From a virus (lineage: Duplodnaviria; Caudoviricetes), in the IMG/VR virus record IMGVR_UViG_3300038345_000094, positions 1 through 64,000 of that record: 64,000 bases of DNA. One strand, 5' to 3'. The notes under the pieces were generated by a model. The model was not told the DNA's origin and searched no databases. It saw only the letters and a program-made list of their open reading frames with translations. The position numbers and the translations under genes were made by a program. Positions 47,288 to 58,269 of the stretch are shown here, in pieces; the stretch's first letter is position 1, and each line of letters opens with the position of its first letter.

Positions 47288-50200
47288 TGGGTTCACTGGT
47301 AGACAGGGTAATTGACGCACTTGAAGAGCGAAGGGAAAGATTAGAAAGCGGTCAAATAAACTGCATACCGTCGCCATTCAAGAGATTTTCAAACAACTTC
47401 GTCGGGATAGAACAAGGTAAATACTATCTCGTATCTGCAGCAACTAAGGCAAAAGTAAAGGTGTTATTAATTTCTTGTTAAATGCGTGTTGTAATTAAAT
47501 AATATTTTGTATATTTGCAAAAATTATTTAATTATGCAGAGTATAAAACAAAATCTTAAAAGAAGCGGTGTATATGTAATACTAAACAAGTTGAACAATC
47601 ACCGCTATGTTGGAAGCAGTAAAAATATCTATAGTAGATTATTGAAGCATCGATCATTACTTAGAACGGGTAAACACGAAAATTCTCATTTGCAAAACGC
47701 ATGGGATAAATACACAGAATCAAATTTCGATTATGCGGTTTTGGAGTATTGTGAAATAAATAAATTGTATGAAAGAGAACAATTTTTTATTGATACATTA
47801 TCTCCAGAATACAATATCGCTCCACGTGCTGATTCTGCTGGATTTATTTCAGAAAACATGAGAAAAAATATGTCTATATCAAGAATTACTGGCATAAAAA
47901 ACGGAAGTATTCCCAAGACGCACAATAAACCAATTTTTGTATACAATAAAAACGGGGAATTTGTCGGATATTGGGACTCAATTCGTAGTGCTTGTTTAGC
48001 TCTTAGAATAGACTATTCGTGTGTGCAAAGAGTAATAAAAGGCGAATATACACAAACTTGCGGGTATAAATTCTTTTCCGAAAAACAAGACATCGTTGCT
48101 CCATTCAAAAAAGCAAAAGGCGAGCATGCAGTGCCAAGAAAAGTATTTGTATTCACTAGTGATGATGAAACGCTGAAATTTTACGGAATGGAAGAAGCCG
48201 CGAAATATTTCAATGTTACAATAAAGACACTTAGACAATATACTACTGGAAAACACAAATTTAAGAGAAAATATTATATAACATCGTATCTGCCGTGTGA
48301 TTAAGTAATTAATCATATTATAACTCCTGGATATCGTCGAAGGCTAAACGGAAACGCATGCTAACTTGACGAGGCGAAGAGCTAATGACTCAGCCCAAGA
48401 GACTAAATACAGGAGCATCTTACTGGGATGAAGACATAGTCCAGACTACAAACAGTATGATGGGTTTAATTCCCGTACTAGGCTAATGACCCGGTGAACG
48501 AGAAATCGTTAATGAAGATACTGGTGGTGAAAACCATAGTGGTACGAGGTAAGTCGCAGATTATGAACTACTTATTCCTGTATAATAGTATTTTCTATGC
48601 TTATAAACATCAGGATAAAGTTAGGCTAAGAATTCTGTATTACCCGCTTGAAGAGACGCAAGAGGCAATCACAACTCGCTTTATGTGTTACTTGCTTTAT
48701 GTGTTGTCTCACGGTGTTATCCGCAGATCTCCTACGGAATTGCGCTCTACAAAAGAGGACGATCCGATTGAACCGGAAGTGCTCGAATTGTTAAAGAGCG
48801 ATACGTATCAATCGATACTGAATTTCTATGAAGATCATGTTACATTCCTGCCGGACCGAAACCCTACGGGTATTATGTATTCGGCCAAGAAGTACGCGGA
48901 TAACAACGGGACGGAACACAAGAAGAAAGTCACCATAACGGATAGACATGGCGTAGTAGTAGACGAAAGAGAAGTCTTCGACTATTATGAACCAGCTGAT
49001 TCCAACGAGTATGTGATGATCATTGTTGACCATATAAGTCTTATAGACACCGAACAGGGTAAAACCTTACGAGAGTGTATGAATATGCTTTCAGAGTATA
49101 TGATGAGACTGAGAAATCGGTATAATTATATCCCTGTTATCATACAGCAGCAATCTCAGGAGACTCAGAGTCTTGAGGCTTTCAAGTTCAACAAGATCAG
49201 GCCAAGCGTTGCAGGTTTAGCAGACAGTAAATATCTTGCGAAGGATTAATAACAATGTTTGTAATTGTGTTTGTTTATTTAAAAAGTTTTCTTATATTTG
49301 CACCATAATTTTATAAGTTATGGTACATTCAAAAATAAAAGAAAATTTAGAACTGTTCGAAAGGCTTTTCAACGACGGATTAAGCGATTATAAGATCGCA
49401 AAAATATTAGGTTTAAACCACGCTACGATATTTCAGTTTCGCAAAAAGCATGGATACATTAGAGACTCTCTTCGCACTGCAAAAGCAAGAGAATTAACTA
49501 ATGTGGAAATGGAAGTAATAATTGGATCTTTACTTGGCGATGGAAATATGCGACGAACCGGGAAGAATGCTTCGTTCTGTATTGGACATGGTCCTAAACA
49601 AAAGGACTACTGCTTCTACAAAACGAAACTTCTTGAAGATTTAGGCGCAAAATTTTCATATTCTAAAAGAAAAGTTCCAGATAAGCGTAATGGGAAATTG
49701 TATGACACCTATTGGTGTAGAGTTGGTGCAAATCCAAACTTTAATCCAATCTATGAAGAGTTCTATAAGGACGGGAAAAAACATATTCCAATGGAATTAG
49801 TAAACAATTATTTCTCTCGTCTTTCATTGGCCATATTGTATATGGATGATGGAAATAAAACAGAGAATGGCTATACCATAGCGACTATGTGCTTTGATAG
49901 AGATGAGATAAATGAATTTAGAGCATTCTTGCTGTTAAAATTCAATTTAGAAACTTCTGTATTTGGTGATGGTCGTTTATATATTATGGCTAAAAGTGCT
50001 GATTTGTTTACCGATTTAATAAAAGAGTATGTTATAGACAGTATGCAATACAAACTTCATAGCAGTCCTTGTAAAACTGGGTTAAAAAGGGGAACTCCTG
50101 AAAAGGACAATCCTTTGCCAAGCTCTGATTTAAATGGTTAGAGAAGGCCAAACGACTAGGTGATGAAACTCAAATGAGAATATAATTCACCCACGAAATC

Positions 50201-50543
50201 CCAGCGCAGTGATGCGAAGATATAGTCTGAACTGCATAGTAATATGCAGAAGTAAAGGATAAAGAGCTTTTACGATAACATATTGTGTAATGTCATGCTG
50301 GGCGTAACCAATCCTTATGCCCACGAGCTGAAAGAGTATTTTGGCTATGATATTGCAAGACTAAAGGGTAGCATTAGATTTCTCGAATGTGTGATTAACC
50401 GTGACGGTGAAAGCAACGGGATAGTTGCCCTTTATTTCGACGGAGCAGTGAATTTCTTCACTGAAATGCCACCCCCGGACGATCTGGCGGGGATGGAAAA
50501 AGTCTATGCTATGATTCGCGATAGGGCGATTCGTAGATTATAG
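47287..50543 (+). CDS. dnaB: DnaB-like replicative helicase, three exons 47287-47450, 48547-49246, 50286-50543 (373 aa spliced)
   Basis: Splicing restores Walker A AATKAGKS and DSKYLAKDCNVMLG; Walker B IIVDH; IIQQQ. Confidence 0.88.
47488..47519 (+). promoter_or_regulatory. Intron-internal Bacteroidota-type promoter for the HEG
   Basis: GTTG...TATATTTGCA. Confidence 0.6.
47534..48304 (+). CDS. GIY-YIG homing endonuclease with NUMOD1-like domain
   Basis: SGVYVI...YVGSS.NI..R...H; LQNAWDKY; EREQFFID; YN. Confidence 0.9.
   Translation: MQSIKQNLKRSGVYVILNKLNNHRYVGSSKNIYSRLLKHRSLLRTGKHENSHLQNAWDKYTESNFDYAVLEYCEINKLYEREQFFIDTLSPEYNIAPRADSAGFISENMRKNMSISRITGIKNGSIPKTHNKPIFVYNKNGEFVGYWDSIRSACLALRIDYSCVQRVIKGEYTQTCGYKFFSEKQDIVAPFKKAKGEHAVPRKVFVFTSDDETLKFYGMEEAAKYFNVTIKTLRQYTTGKHKFKRKYYITSYLPCD
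49270..49302 (+). promoter_or_regulatory. Intron-internal Bacteroidota-type promoter
   Basis: TTTG-19nt-TATATTTGCA. Confidence 0.65.
49320..50141 (+). CDS. LAGLIDADG homing endonuclease (two motifs) with N-terminal HTH
   Basis: IIGSLLGDG and LAILYMDDG. Confidence 0.9.
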   Translation: MVHSKIKENLELFERLFNDGLSDYKIAKILGLNHATIFQFRKKHGYIRDSLRTAKARELTNVEMEVIIGSLLGDGNMRRTGKNASFCIGHGPKQKDYCFYKTKLLEDLGAKFSYSKRKVPDKRNGKLYDTYWCRVGANPNFNPIYEEFYKDGKKHIPMELVNNYFSRLSLAILYMDDGNKTENGYTIATMCFDRDEINEFRAFLLLKFNLETSVFGDGRLYIMAKSADLFTDLIKEYVIDSMQYKLHSSPCKTGLKRGTPEKDNPLPSSDLNG

Positions 50544-50581
50544 GCTTATGGCTATACGCCTCCCCCTTATACGCAACAAAC

Positions 50582-51268
50582 GTGGGAAATGTAGTAGCTA
50601 TCATCGGTAAATCCGGTACTGGCAAGTCTACCAGCATAAAAACATTAGACCCTCGAGAAACGGTTATTCTCAACCTGCTGAATAAGCGCCTGCCATTCAA
50701 GGGCAGTGACAAGATGTACAACGCGGAGAACAAGAATCTCTTCGCGGTCGACACCTATGATCGAATTATCGCCGTTGTCAATAATATCAGCGAGAAGGCT
50801 CCTCACATCAAGAACATCGTTATCGACGATATCTCATTCGTGATGCGGAAGGAGTTCTTTGCTCGTTCTAAAGAGCGTGGATATGAGAAGTTCAATGACA
50901 TTGGTACTCATATGCAACAAGTGATTGTTGCTTGTGAGCATACAAGACCTGATTTGAATATCTTCCTTATGTTCCACTCTGAAGATGTCGTTGATGGTGG
51001 CGATATTGTGGAATACAAGATTGCAACTGTCGGTAAGATGGTTGACCAGTCTTATAATCCACTCGAAGTCGTTGAAGTCGCTCTGTTCTCAAGCAGCGAG
51101 TTCGATGCGGACGGCCATATCACCTATGGCTTCTATACGAAGAGACAAAAGGTGGATGGAGTCGTTGTCCCGGCCAAATCTCCGGACGGTATGTTTGAGG
51201 AATCTTTCATTCCTAACGATCTCGGTGCGGTCATCAAGGCCATCGACGATTATCATAATGCAGAATAG
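50582..51268 (+). CDS. AAA/P-loop ATPase (Sak4-like)
   Basis: GKSGTGKS, IVIDD, C-terminal AKSP.GMF....IPNDL. Confidence 0.85.
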   Translation: MGNVVAIIGKSGTGKSTSIKTLDPRETVILNLLNKRLPFKGSDKMYNAENKNLFAVDTYDRIIAVVNNISEKAPHIKNIVIDDISFVMRKEFFARSKERGYEKFNDIGTHMQQVIVACEHTRPDLNIFLMFHSEDVVDGGDIVEYKIATVGKMVDQSYNPLEVVEVALFSSSEFDADGHITYGFYTKRQKVDGVVVPAKSPDGMFEESFIPNDLGAVIKAIDDYHNAE

Positions 51269-51270
51269 AT

Positions 51271-52197
51271 ATGGCATTTGGCACAAGTTCAGCAAAACCA
51301 GTCTTCACGCGGTACACAGGAATCGGTATCGCTAAGGTCGTTGGCATCAATCCGACGATGAAAGAAATCAATGACGCTTTTGGTCGTGAAGTTTATACAA
51401 ACGAGCCCACTTATACACAAGAAGTGGAATATGATGGAGTGAAGTCGAAGATGAGCAGGGTTTCCTTCCTGCTTAAATTCGAAGCCTCTGATAATATGGG
51501 ATATTCTGATTTGCATTTTCTTACTATCTCCATTACCAATAAGGTTATCAAGAGTTCTGATACGACGAACCCCAAGGTTCAAGTGATTGATGAATTCGGC
51601 CGTACGGCATGGGTGACAGAAGATGAATTCAAAGAGAAGAAGATTCCAGTCTACTCCAATGGGCCAGCTAAGCTTACAAACAACTATCACGCTGTCTTGC
51701 GTGGCGAAGAGCGTCTTGTGAAGTTCATCTCTGCTGTCAGGGCTACTCCTAGCATCGATGTATGGGATCCAGACGGCAAGTGTTGGGTTACTAACAAACG
51801 AGAAGATGCAGAAAACTGCAAGAAGGAGATTCCTAAGGAAGACATGAAGAAGATCCTGAATGGCGATTTCTCTCCTGTCCGCTCTTATCTTGAGGATGTC
51901 AAGGACAACAAGGTTAAAGTTGTTCTCGGCGTTCAGACAAGCAATGACGGTCGTCAGTATAACACCATTTATGACGGTGATTTCATGACTGTTTTCCAGA
52001 AGAAAACGACTAACATAGAGAAATCTGTGCGTGAAGCGCAGGCTAATGGGAGATATCCGAATACTGTCTTTACTTTTGGTCCGCTCGTAGAAGCAACATC
52101 TGTGAAGCCGGATGATTTATCAAAACCTGTTGATCCGGCTATCTCCTCACCTAGCGCATCTTCTTTCAATCCTCTTGACGACCTCCCATTTGACTAA
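51271..52197 (+). CDS. Putative single-stranded DNA-binding protein
   Basis: Acidic aromatic tail DDLPFD; follows ATPase. Confidence 0.55.
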   Translation: MAFGTSSAKPVFTRYTGIGIAKVVGINPTMKEINDAFGREVYTNEPTYTQEVEYDGVKSKMSRVSFLLKFEASDNMGYSDLHFLTISITNKVIKSSDTTNPKVQVIDEFGRTAWVTEDEFKEKKIPVYSNGPAKLTNNYHAVLRGEERLVKFISAVRATPSIDVWDPDGKCWVTNKREDAENCKKEIPKEDMKKILNGDFSPVRSYLEDVKDNKVKVVLGVQTSNDGRQYNTIYDGDFMTVFQKKTTNIEKSVREAQANGRYPNTVFTFGPLVEATSVKPDDLSKPVDPAISSPSASSFNPLDDLPFD

Positions 52198-53156
52198 TGT
52201 TTGGCAAGGAGAAGAAAAAAACTCAAGATGATATAACTAACGAGATGCTGTTAGCATACTATTTCGATGTCTATCAAGTACCATGCGTGATAAAATCACC
52301 ATTCCGTACTGACAGGAAGCCATCCTTTAGTTTCTATAAGACACAATCAGGGAATATACGATTCAATGATTTTGCTTCTGGAGAAAAAGGAACGCTTCTT
52401 GAGGCGATAGCACGATTGAAAGAAGTTGATGTTGACAATATCTGGCAAGTCATACGAGACGATTTTTCATCTCCAGACACCAAGCATTATTTTGAAGACG
52501 AACGTATGACAACCATCGTCAGAAACGATCGGAGAGAATTCCGTATCAAAGTAAGACGATGGGAGTCTTACGATCTCGATTATTGGGCTTCTTTTGGCGT
52601 TAATTTGGACTTTCTTACACGAATGGAAGTGTACCCTATCTCGCATGTTTTCATTGAAAAGAACGGCATTTTATGGCCGTTTCCGTGCGATAAATATGCG
52701 TACGCTTATGTGGAAAGAAAAGAAGGATTCGTGTCATATAAGATATATCAGCCCTTTAATACGAGTGGAAGAAAATGGCAGACTAATATGGACAAAAGTA
52801 CTATCGGCTTATGGACTAAACTCCCAGAAGCAGGAGATAAAGTATGCATCTGTTCATCATATAAGGACGCTATGAGTCTGTGGTGCAACACTGGGATACC
52901 AGCCATCGCCATTCAAGCCGAAGGGTTTGACATGAGTGAACATGCACAGAATGATCTTCGAAAGAGATTCAAAGAGGTTATCATCATCTTGGATAACGAT
53001 AGACCAGGAATTGAATACTCGCAGCGACTGCAAAAACAGACTGGCTTCAAGAACGTTATCATACCTCCATTCGATGGGGGTAAAGACATCTCTGACTTAT
53101 ACAAAGCAATTGGAGACAGAGATACATTCAAGAAGAAAATACTTGAAATACTATGA
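52197..53156 (+). CDS. dnaG: DNA primase (TOPRIM)
   Basis: SPFRTDRKPSF, F.DF..G..G; ICSSYKD; ILDNDRPG; KDISD. Confidence 0.85.
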   Translation: MFGKEKKKTQDDITNEMLLAYYFDVYQVPCVIKSPFRTDRKPSFSFYKTQSGNIRFNDFASGEKGTLLEAIARLKEVDVDNIWQVIRDDFSSPDTKHYFEDERMTTIVRNDRREFRIKVRRWESYDLDYWASFGVNLDFLTRMEVYPISHVFIEKNGILWPFPCDKYAYAYVERKEGFVSYKIYQPFNTSGRKWQTNMDKSTIGLWTKLPEAGDKVCICSSYKDAMSLWCNTGIPAIAIQAEGFDMSEHAQNDLRKRFKEVIIILDNDRPGIEYSQRLQKQTGFKNVIIPPFDGGKDISDLYKAIGDRDTFKKKILEIL

Positions 53157-53380
53157 AATTTGGCGTTAGATTCCAAAAAATGTTCGCTATGTTTCCCGAT
53201 ATCGATCGTACAAAGATCGCACATAATCGGGTTACTAAGCTTACTCGGCCGGAGATGTATGAAATCCTTCGCGGGATGAAGGCATCCGGCATAAAGACAC
53301 CAGCTCAGCCTACTCGTACTGGCTCTGAGGAGATGCGGTCTTTCATCTTCACGATAATCGATAAGAACGTCTCCAAGTAA
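53153..53380 (+). CDS. Hypothetical protein
   Basis: 75-aa ORF overlapping both neighbours. Confidence 0.5.
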   Translation: MKFGVRFQKMFAMFPDIDRTKIAHNRVTKLTRPEMYEILRGMKASGIKTPAQPTRTGSEEMRSFIFTIIDKNVSK

Positions 53381-54222
53381 TGAAAGCGAAAAGAGTGTCT
53401 TTCCACCTGTCCTTAAGATCGCGGAACACATCAAACCGTGAATTGAAGGACATTGTCTGTCCTGTCAAGACTATCTATCGTATGGGCAGTACGACTCCTA
53501 CTGACGAAATTACGCATCGTAGGACATTCATAGAGATTAACACCGCTGATGCGTGTCGTATCTCTTCGAATAAGATTCTGATGAAGCGTAGATTCTGCCA
53601 TGGGAAAGTCCGTACTCCGCAATTCTATATGATGGTGAACAACAGTCTCGACGGGCTACGCGCAAGGACGAAACACCGGCTGGGAAAGTGGCCTGCTGGC
53701 ATCATTGCCAAAAGGTATAACTCCAGTAAGGGAAACGGGCTTGCCCTTATCAAGAGTATGGATGATTTCGAAAACTTCGTTACGGGCAAGTCTACCAATG
53801 AGTTGTCCAAGTGGATTTTCGAAAGATACTCTACCTACACGCGTGAATATCGTCTTCACGTGACAAATGATGGTTGCTTCTACGCGTGTCGTAAGATGTT
53901 GCGCAATGAAGCAGATGTCAGATGGCACCGTCATGACGAGAATTCCGTGTGGATCACCGAAGAAAACGATCTTTTCGATAAACCAAGCAATTGGGATGAC
54001 ATAGTTAAAGACTGTGTCTCGGCTCTTAAGTCCGTAGGGCTTGATATCGCCGCATTTGACATCAAGGTGCAGCGTTCCAACGGGGATTCGCCTAAATGGC
54101 TTATCCTCGAGTGCAACAGTGCGCCGGGCTTGGGTACAATCGGATTGGAAAAATATAAAGAAGAAATCCCAAAACTCATAAATGTCAAATTAAATGAACA
54201 AAGATTACCTCAAAATCGTTGA
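53380..54222 (+). CDS. ATP-grasp ligase (RimK-like)
   Basis: SSNK..MK, IIAK...SKGNG, REYRLHV, GLDIAAFDI, ILECNSAPG. Confidence 0.85.
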   Translation: MKAKRVSFHLSLRSRNTSNRELKDIVCPVKTIYRMGSTTPTDEITHRRTFIEINTADACRISSNKILMKRRFCHGKVRTPQFYMMVNNSLDGLRARTKHRLGKWPAGIIAKRYNSSKGNGLALIKSMDDFENFVTGKSTNELSKWIFERYSTYTREYRLHVTNDGCFYACRKMLRNEADVRWHRHDENSVWITEENDLFDKPSNWDDIVKDCVSALKSVGLDIAAFDIKVQRSNGDSPKWLILECNSAPGLGTIGLEKYKEEIPKLINVKLNEQRLPQNR

Positions 54223-55204
54223 TGCCGTAGGCTCTTCTAGTCACGGCGTCGATTCCACGTTCTCTTGTTCTGGCGACAGTAACCTGCCGATGCTGACTCG
54301 AATTTGCTTCGGCTCTTTCACTAAGTCGTTTTGCAGCAAGCGGAAAGTCGACATCACGGTAAGAATGTTCAAGAACATTTGGAAACAAGGCTGTTATAAT
54401 TGCAGTAAGGGTGTCACTCCCTTTACTTGCGAAGAGATAGTCCAGTATCTGAATGATCTTCGGAAGATCTTTCCGTTCGAATTCGAAGTCGAAGAAAAGA
54501 CCATTCCTCACAAGAGGTACGAAAACATGCTTTTCTCCGGCCGCAATGAAGACAAGGTTGATGTCATCGATGTGACTTATCATATCGAAGGACCTCATAT
54601 TGCCTTCATGTTCATCCTGTCGCTTCAGCGATTCCTCTATGCCTTTGGCGATTCGTTCTATCTCGCTCTCGCTTTCGAGATCAAGAATGGCGGCTATGGT
54701 TTCGATAAGATGAATCTCTTCAACATTCTGAATTGCGTCATCTCTACGACTCACTGCCGTTACATGGGGAATGATATGTATCATCTCAACCCAGAGAACT
54801 TCGTATATCTCCTTAACTCGAAAGACTTCAGGGAGATGCTTATCGCTCGTGAAGAACTGGCGCAGCAGAAGTATGAAGACGGTTGTGCTGATCTTCATCT
54901 GAGTATGCCGTACGTTAATGACTCTCGTCTTAAGCGTATGCGTGTGGACAATCCGCACCGCTTCACGTGCTTTAAAGAAGGAAACGATGATGCCAAGAAG
55001 GTAATACTTGACACTATTATCTTCAATCTCGGAATCCTCCGCGAGTACAACGGCTTCGGAGAGAAGGCGAAGATCAAGAGAGACGCCCTTGCGGCCAAGA
55101 CAAAAGAGATATTCCGCGATCAAATCAATTGCTACGGCGAAAGAGAAGACAGCGATATCATCTCCGTCAAGACACACATCGATGAAACCAGACTAGCCGA
55201 ATGA
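54194..55204 (+). CDS. Hypothetical protein in amidoligase cluster
   Basis: 336-aa Cys-rich ORF overlapping both neighbours. Confidence 0.6.
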   Translation: MNKDYLKIVDAVGSSSHGVDSTFSCSGDSNLPMLTRICFGSFTKSFCSKRKVDITVRMFKNIWKQGCYNCSKGVTPFTCEEIVQYLNDLRKIFPFEFEVEEKTIPHKRYENMLFSGRNEDKVDVIDVTYHIEGPHIAFMFILSLQRFLYAFGDSFYLALAFEIKNGGYGFDKMNLFNILNCVISTTHCRYMGNDMYHLNPENFVYLLNSKDFREMLIAREELAQQKYEDGCADLHLSMPYVNDSRLKRMRVDNPHRFTCFKEGNDDAKKVILDTIIFNLGILREYNGFGEKAKIKRDALAAKTKEIFRDQINCYGEREDSDIISVKTHIDETRLAE

Positions 55205-55860
55205 AACGAAAAGTTTATGTCATTGGCCCCTATATGGGGTACGCGTCGTCCATAACCGACAAGCAACTTGTTGACAAGATCGAAGATGCAGATGTTGTCG
55301 TCCTTACTGGCGGCTCTGATGTCGATCCTTCGACTTATGGCAAGCCGTCCGAACCCGAGACTTACGGCAATAAGCAAAGAGATATCTTTGAGATTGCAGA
55401 GTATCGGAAGGTAAGAAAGGACCAAGTCGTTGTCGGTATCTGCCGTGGCGCCCAACTGCTTACTGCCCTTAATGGCGGTATTCTCGTACAGCATGTCACT
55501 GGACATTGCAACGGTATGCATAAGATGATCAGTACTGCAGGAGAAGTCTTTAGTATCACATCTCTGCATCACCAGATGTGCTATCCTTTCGACATGCCGA
55601 AGAGCGATTACGAGGTACTGTTCACTTCGTATCCCGCTCGAAGCTCTGTTTACAAGGGCTCTGGAGTTGACACAGAGGTACTCGAAGCTCACGGTGAGCC
55701 AGAGATTATCCTCTATCACAAGGACACAGAGCCCATCGCACTGGCCGTTCAGGGTCATCCTGAGATGATGGATATCGACAGTAAGACTGTCCGTATGTTC
55801 AACGATCTCATCGATGAATGCCTTGAAATGGCGAAGAAAAGACAAGAAATGGATGTTTAA
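55201..55860 (+). CDS. Class I glutamine amidotransferase / peptidase C26
   Basis: LTGGSDVDP, GICRGAQ, SLHHQ, VQGHPE (C-H-E triad). Confidence 0.9.
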   Translation: MKRKVYVIGPYMGYASSITDKQLVDKIEDADVVVLTGGSDVDPSTYGKPSEPETYGNKQRDIFEIAEYRKVRKDQVVVGICRGAQLLTALNGGILVQHVTGHCNGMHKMISTAGEVFSITSLHHQMCYPFDMPKSDYEVLFTSYPARSSVYKGSGVDTEVLEAHGEPEIILYHKDTEPIALAVQGHPEMMDIDSKTVRMFNDLIDECLEMAKKRQEMDV

Positions 55861-55876
55861 CCTATAAACTCTTGTT

Positions 55877-56728
55877 ATGATCTTACCTGCAATGCATTTC
55901 ACGATCGGAGCTGATCCTGAGATGTTTATCATCAACACGAAAACTGGAGAAGTTGTCTCCGCGATCGGTCTTATCCCGGGCGAAAAAGGACACCCTTGGG
56001 TAGATCCGAACTGGTTTGAAGGATTCGGTCTTGAAATAGACAATATCCTTGCGGAGTACAACATCCCTCCTGTGTCGAGGAAAGAGGACTTCATTAGCGC
56101 AATCAACTTCATGAAGGATTACATCGATGCTTATGTCAAGAAGACCAATCCTGACTATGGCATTCTTTGTGCTTCTTCGAAGATGGTACCTGAAGACCAA
56201 CTCGACAATCCTATCGCCAAACTGTTCGGTTGTTGCCCAGACTTCAACTGCTACACTGGCGCTCCTAATCCACGTCCGAAGGGCGAGATGACCAATCTTC
56301 GCTCTGCGGGATTTCATGTGCATTATGGCTACGAGAACCCTGACATCGACACCTCCGTCGAGATGGTGAAGTATTTCGATGTCTTCCTTGGGCTTATGTC
56401 GTTATTCTTTGATACCGACCGGAAGCGTCGCTCCCTGTATGGCAAGGCTGGCTGCTATCGACTCACCTCTTATGGTGTGGAGTATCGCACCCTGTCTTCC
56501 AAGATGGGCGAAACCGACGAGACGATTGGCCTCATCTATGACGGCGTTCTCGCTGCCACTCAGGCATATGAAATCGACTTGCATATCCATTGCCAGCCGG
56601 ACGTCATCACAGCTATCAACAACAGCGATATGCTGATGGCTCGTGCTATCCTGTCAACCATTCGGAAATCAACCGATAAAAACACTTTCATCTATTCTTA
56701 CTTGTCGAACGTCCTTAAAATCAAGTAA
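55877..56728 (+). CDS. phiEco32-like COOH-NH2 ligase type 2
   Basis: IGADPE.F, DNILAEYN, FGCCPDFN, RSAGFHVH.G, RRSLYGKAG.YR...YGVEYRTLS. Confidence 0.88.
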   Translation: MILPAMHFTIGADPEMFIINTKTGEVVSAIGLIPGEKGHPWVDPNWFEGFGLEIDNILAEYNIPPVSRKEDFISAINFMKDYIDAYVKKTNPDYGILCASSKMVPEDQLDNPIAKLFGCCPDFNCYTGAPNPRPKGEMTNLRSAGFHVHYGYENPDIDTSVEMVKYFDVFLGLMSLFFDTDRKRRSLYGKAGCYRLTSYGVEYRTLSSKMGETDETIGLIYDGVLAATQAYEIDLHIHCQPDVITAINNSDMLMARAILSTIRKSTDKNTFIYSYLSNVLKIK

Positions 56729-56730
56729 CA

Positions 56731-58269
56731 ATGTGTGGATTATTCGGCATATTAAGTAAAGAGAAAGTTACGATTGACAAGCGGGCGATTGCTGTTCTTG
56801 GTCTAGCCAATGACAGCAGAGGCGGTGATGCATGTGGACTGTTTATCGATGGTCAAGTCGAATATGGCACAGAAAAGGAACTTGTTAACTTCTTCAACTT
56901 CTTCCAACAGAGTGAGTTGTTCAAGGTCTCCCAGAAAGCCAATGTTGTTCTTGGCCATTGTAGAAAAGCGTCTGTCGGTGGCAAAGCTGCAGATAAGGCG
57001 CAACCGGTAGTTATCAAGGAAGGAGAGGAAATCAAGTTCGTCCTGCTTCATAACGGGACAATCAAAAACTATTCCGATCTGGCGAAGAAGTATATCCCTG
57101 ATGTCGATACAACCGGGATGTCCGACTCGCAAATCATGGCTCGCATCTTCTATGATGTTGGCTATGACTGCCTTGGTGAGTATAATGGCGGAGCCGTTTT
57201 CGTTGCTGCTGATTATCGTGGCGAAAAGCCAGTAATCAGACTGTGGCGAGGATGGGCCAAAGAATATAGTTATAGCAAGGAGATGACAGCAGAACGCCCT
57301 CTCTACTTGACTATGTTCAACAACAGACTCGTATTCTCTTCTATCAGTGAAGTCTTACAGGCTTTGTACCCCTTTAGCGAGGTTAAGACTGTCAGGCCGA
57401 ACTCACTTTGTGTCTTTAGCGACGGTAAGTTCTACGTCGAACGAGAGTTTGACAGGTCTTCCTGCCTACAGACCCCGACTTCATACTCGTCTACCAGTAA
57501 TGCTTACACTGATGATAGGCAATATTATAACGGGTATGGCTCGCATCAAACGGGCGGCGGGTACGTCTACGACTCGCGTAAGGCCAAAGCAAAAGAAGAA
57601 GAAACGAAAAAGACGACATTGACTCCCGGTATGGGCTTCTCTGCTAGCCGACTTCTGTACGATGACAATGTTGATCTCACGGGATACCAAGATTCCGTCT
57701 ATTGCGACGAGAATTTCTTGGTTTACTATGTTAACGCCCTCAATCGCGGTGTTAGCAGATCTGAGTTCATCCCCTCAACGTGCAAGTTGCTTCATGGCAT
57801 CTATAACTTGAACTCCATTGGTTTCATCAAGAACGACAAGCCGAACGACGATAAGTGCTTCAATTTCGCATTCTATAACGGAATACTGTTGAAAAGTGTC
57901 GACTGCTTTAAGTTCTTGCAGAAACTTGCGAAGATGTGGTGCGTGAATTTCGCTGATATGGGAAATCTCGCTCCGTATCTCGTGGAGGCTCTCGCTATGT
58001 ATCCGGTGCCAAAAGACCAAGGCGGCGTTAGTAACATTTTCCATATGATAGATCCAGATAACGATTTCTCCGAGGTGGTCGTAGATGGCGATGCTACTTA
58101 TCCCATCGCGCTCACTCAGAGGACTGTCAAGTTTGACCATGGGATTATCTCCAATGTCTCGAAATCGACGGTCTTCACGGACACCTTCGACTATGCGAAG
58201 AAAATCGCCGGGTCTTACATCATCGACAACAAATCAATCCTCGCATTTTTAGATACGGCATATGATTGA
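56731..58269 (+). CDS. Class II (Ntn) glutamine amidotransferase
   Basis: MCGLFG, RGGDACG, LGHCRKAS, HNGTI.N, SDS. Confidence 0.9.
   Translation: MCGLFGILSKEKVTIDKRAIAVLGLANDSRGGDACGLFIDGQVEYGTEKELVNFFNFFQQSELFKVSQKANVVLGHCRKASVGGKAADKAQPVVIKEGEEIKFVLLHNGTIKNYSDLAKKYIPDVDTTGMSDSQIMARIFYDVGYDCLGEYNGGAVFVAADYRGEKPVIRLWRGWAKEYSYSKEMTAERPLYLTMFNNRLVFSSISEVLQALYPFSEVKTVRPNSLCVFSDGKFYVEREFDRSSCLQTPTSYSSTSNAYTDDRQYYNGYGSHQTGGGYVYDSRKAKAKEEETKKTTLTPGMGFSASRLLYDDNVDLTGYQDSVYCDENFLVYYVNALNRGVSRSEFIPSTCKLLHGIYNLNSIGFIKNDKPNDDKCFNFAFYNGILLKSVDCFKFLQKLAKMWCVNFADMGNLAPYLVEALAMYPVPKDQGGVSNIFHMIDPDNDFSEVVVDGDATYPIALTQRTVKFDHGIISNVSKSTVFTDTFDYAKKIAGSYIIDNKSILAFLDTAYD

Larger units (their letters stand above)
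47451..48546 (+). mobile_element. Group I intron 1 in dnaB
   Basis: IGS TATCTGCC pairs exon1 GGC and exon2 AGGTA; core AGACTA...AAGACATAGTCC; ends in G. Confidence 0.85.
49247..50285 (+). mobile_element. Group I intron 2 in dnaB
   Basis: Exon AAGGAT pairs IGS GTCCTT (U:G); core CGACTA...AAGATATAGTCT; ends in G. Confidence 0.88.

Noticed and set aside
47287-50543. dnaB (and nrdD) as pseudogenes or intein-containing genes
   Set aside because: The interruptions contain stops and group I core/IGS elements, and removing them restores frame and motifs.
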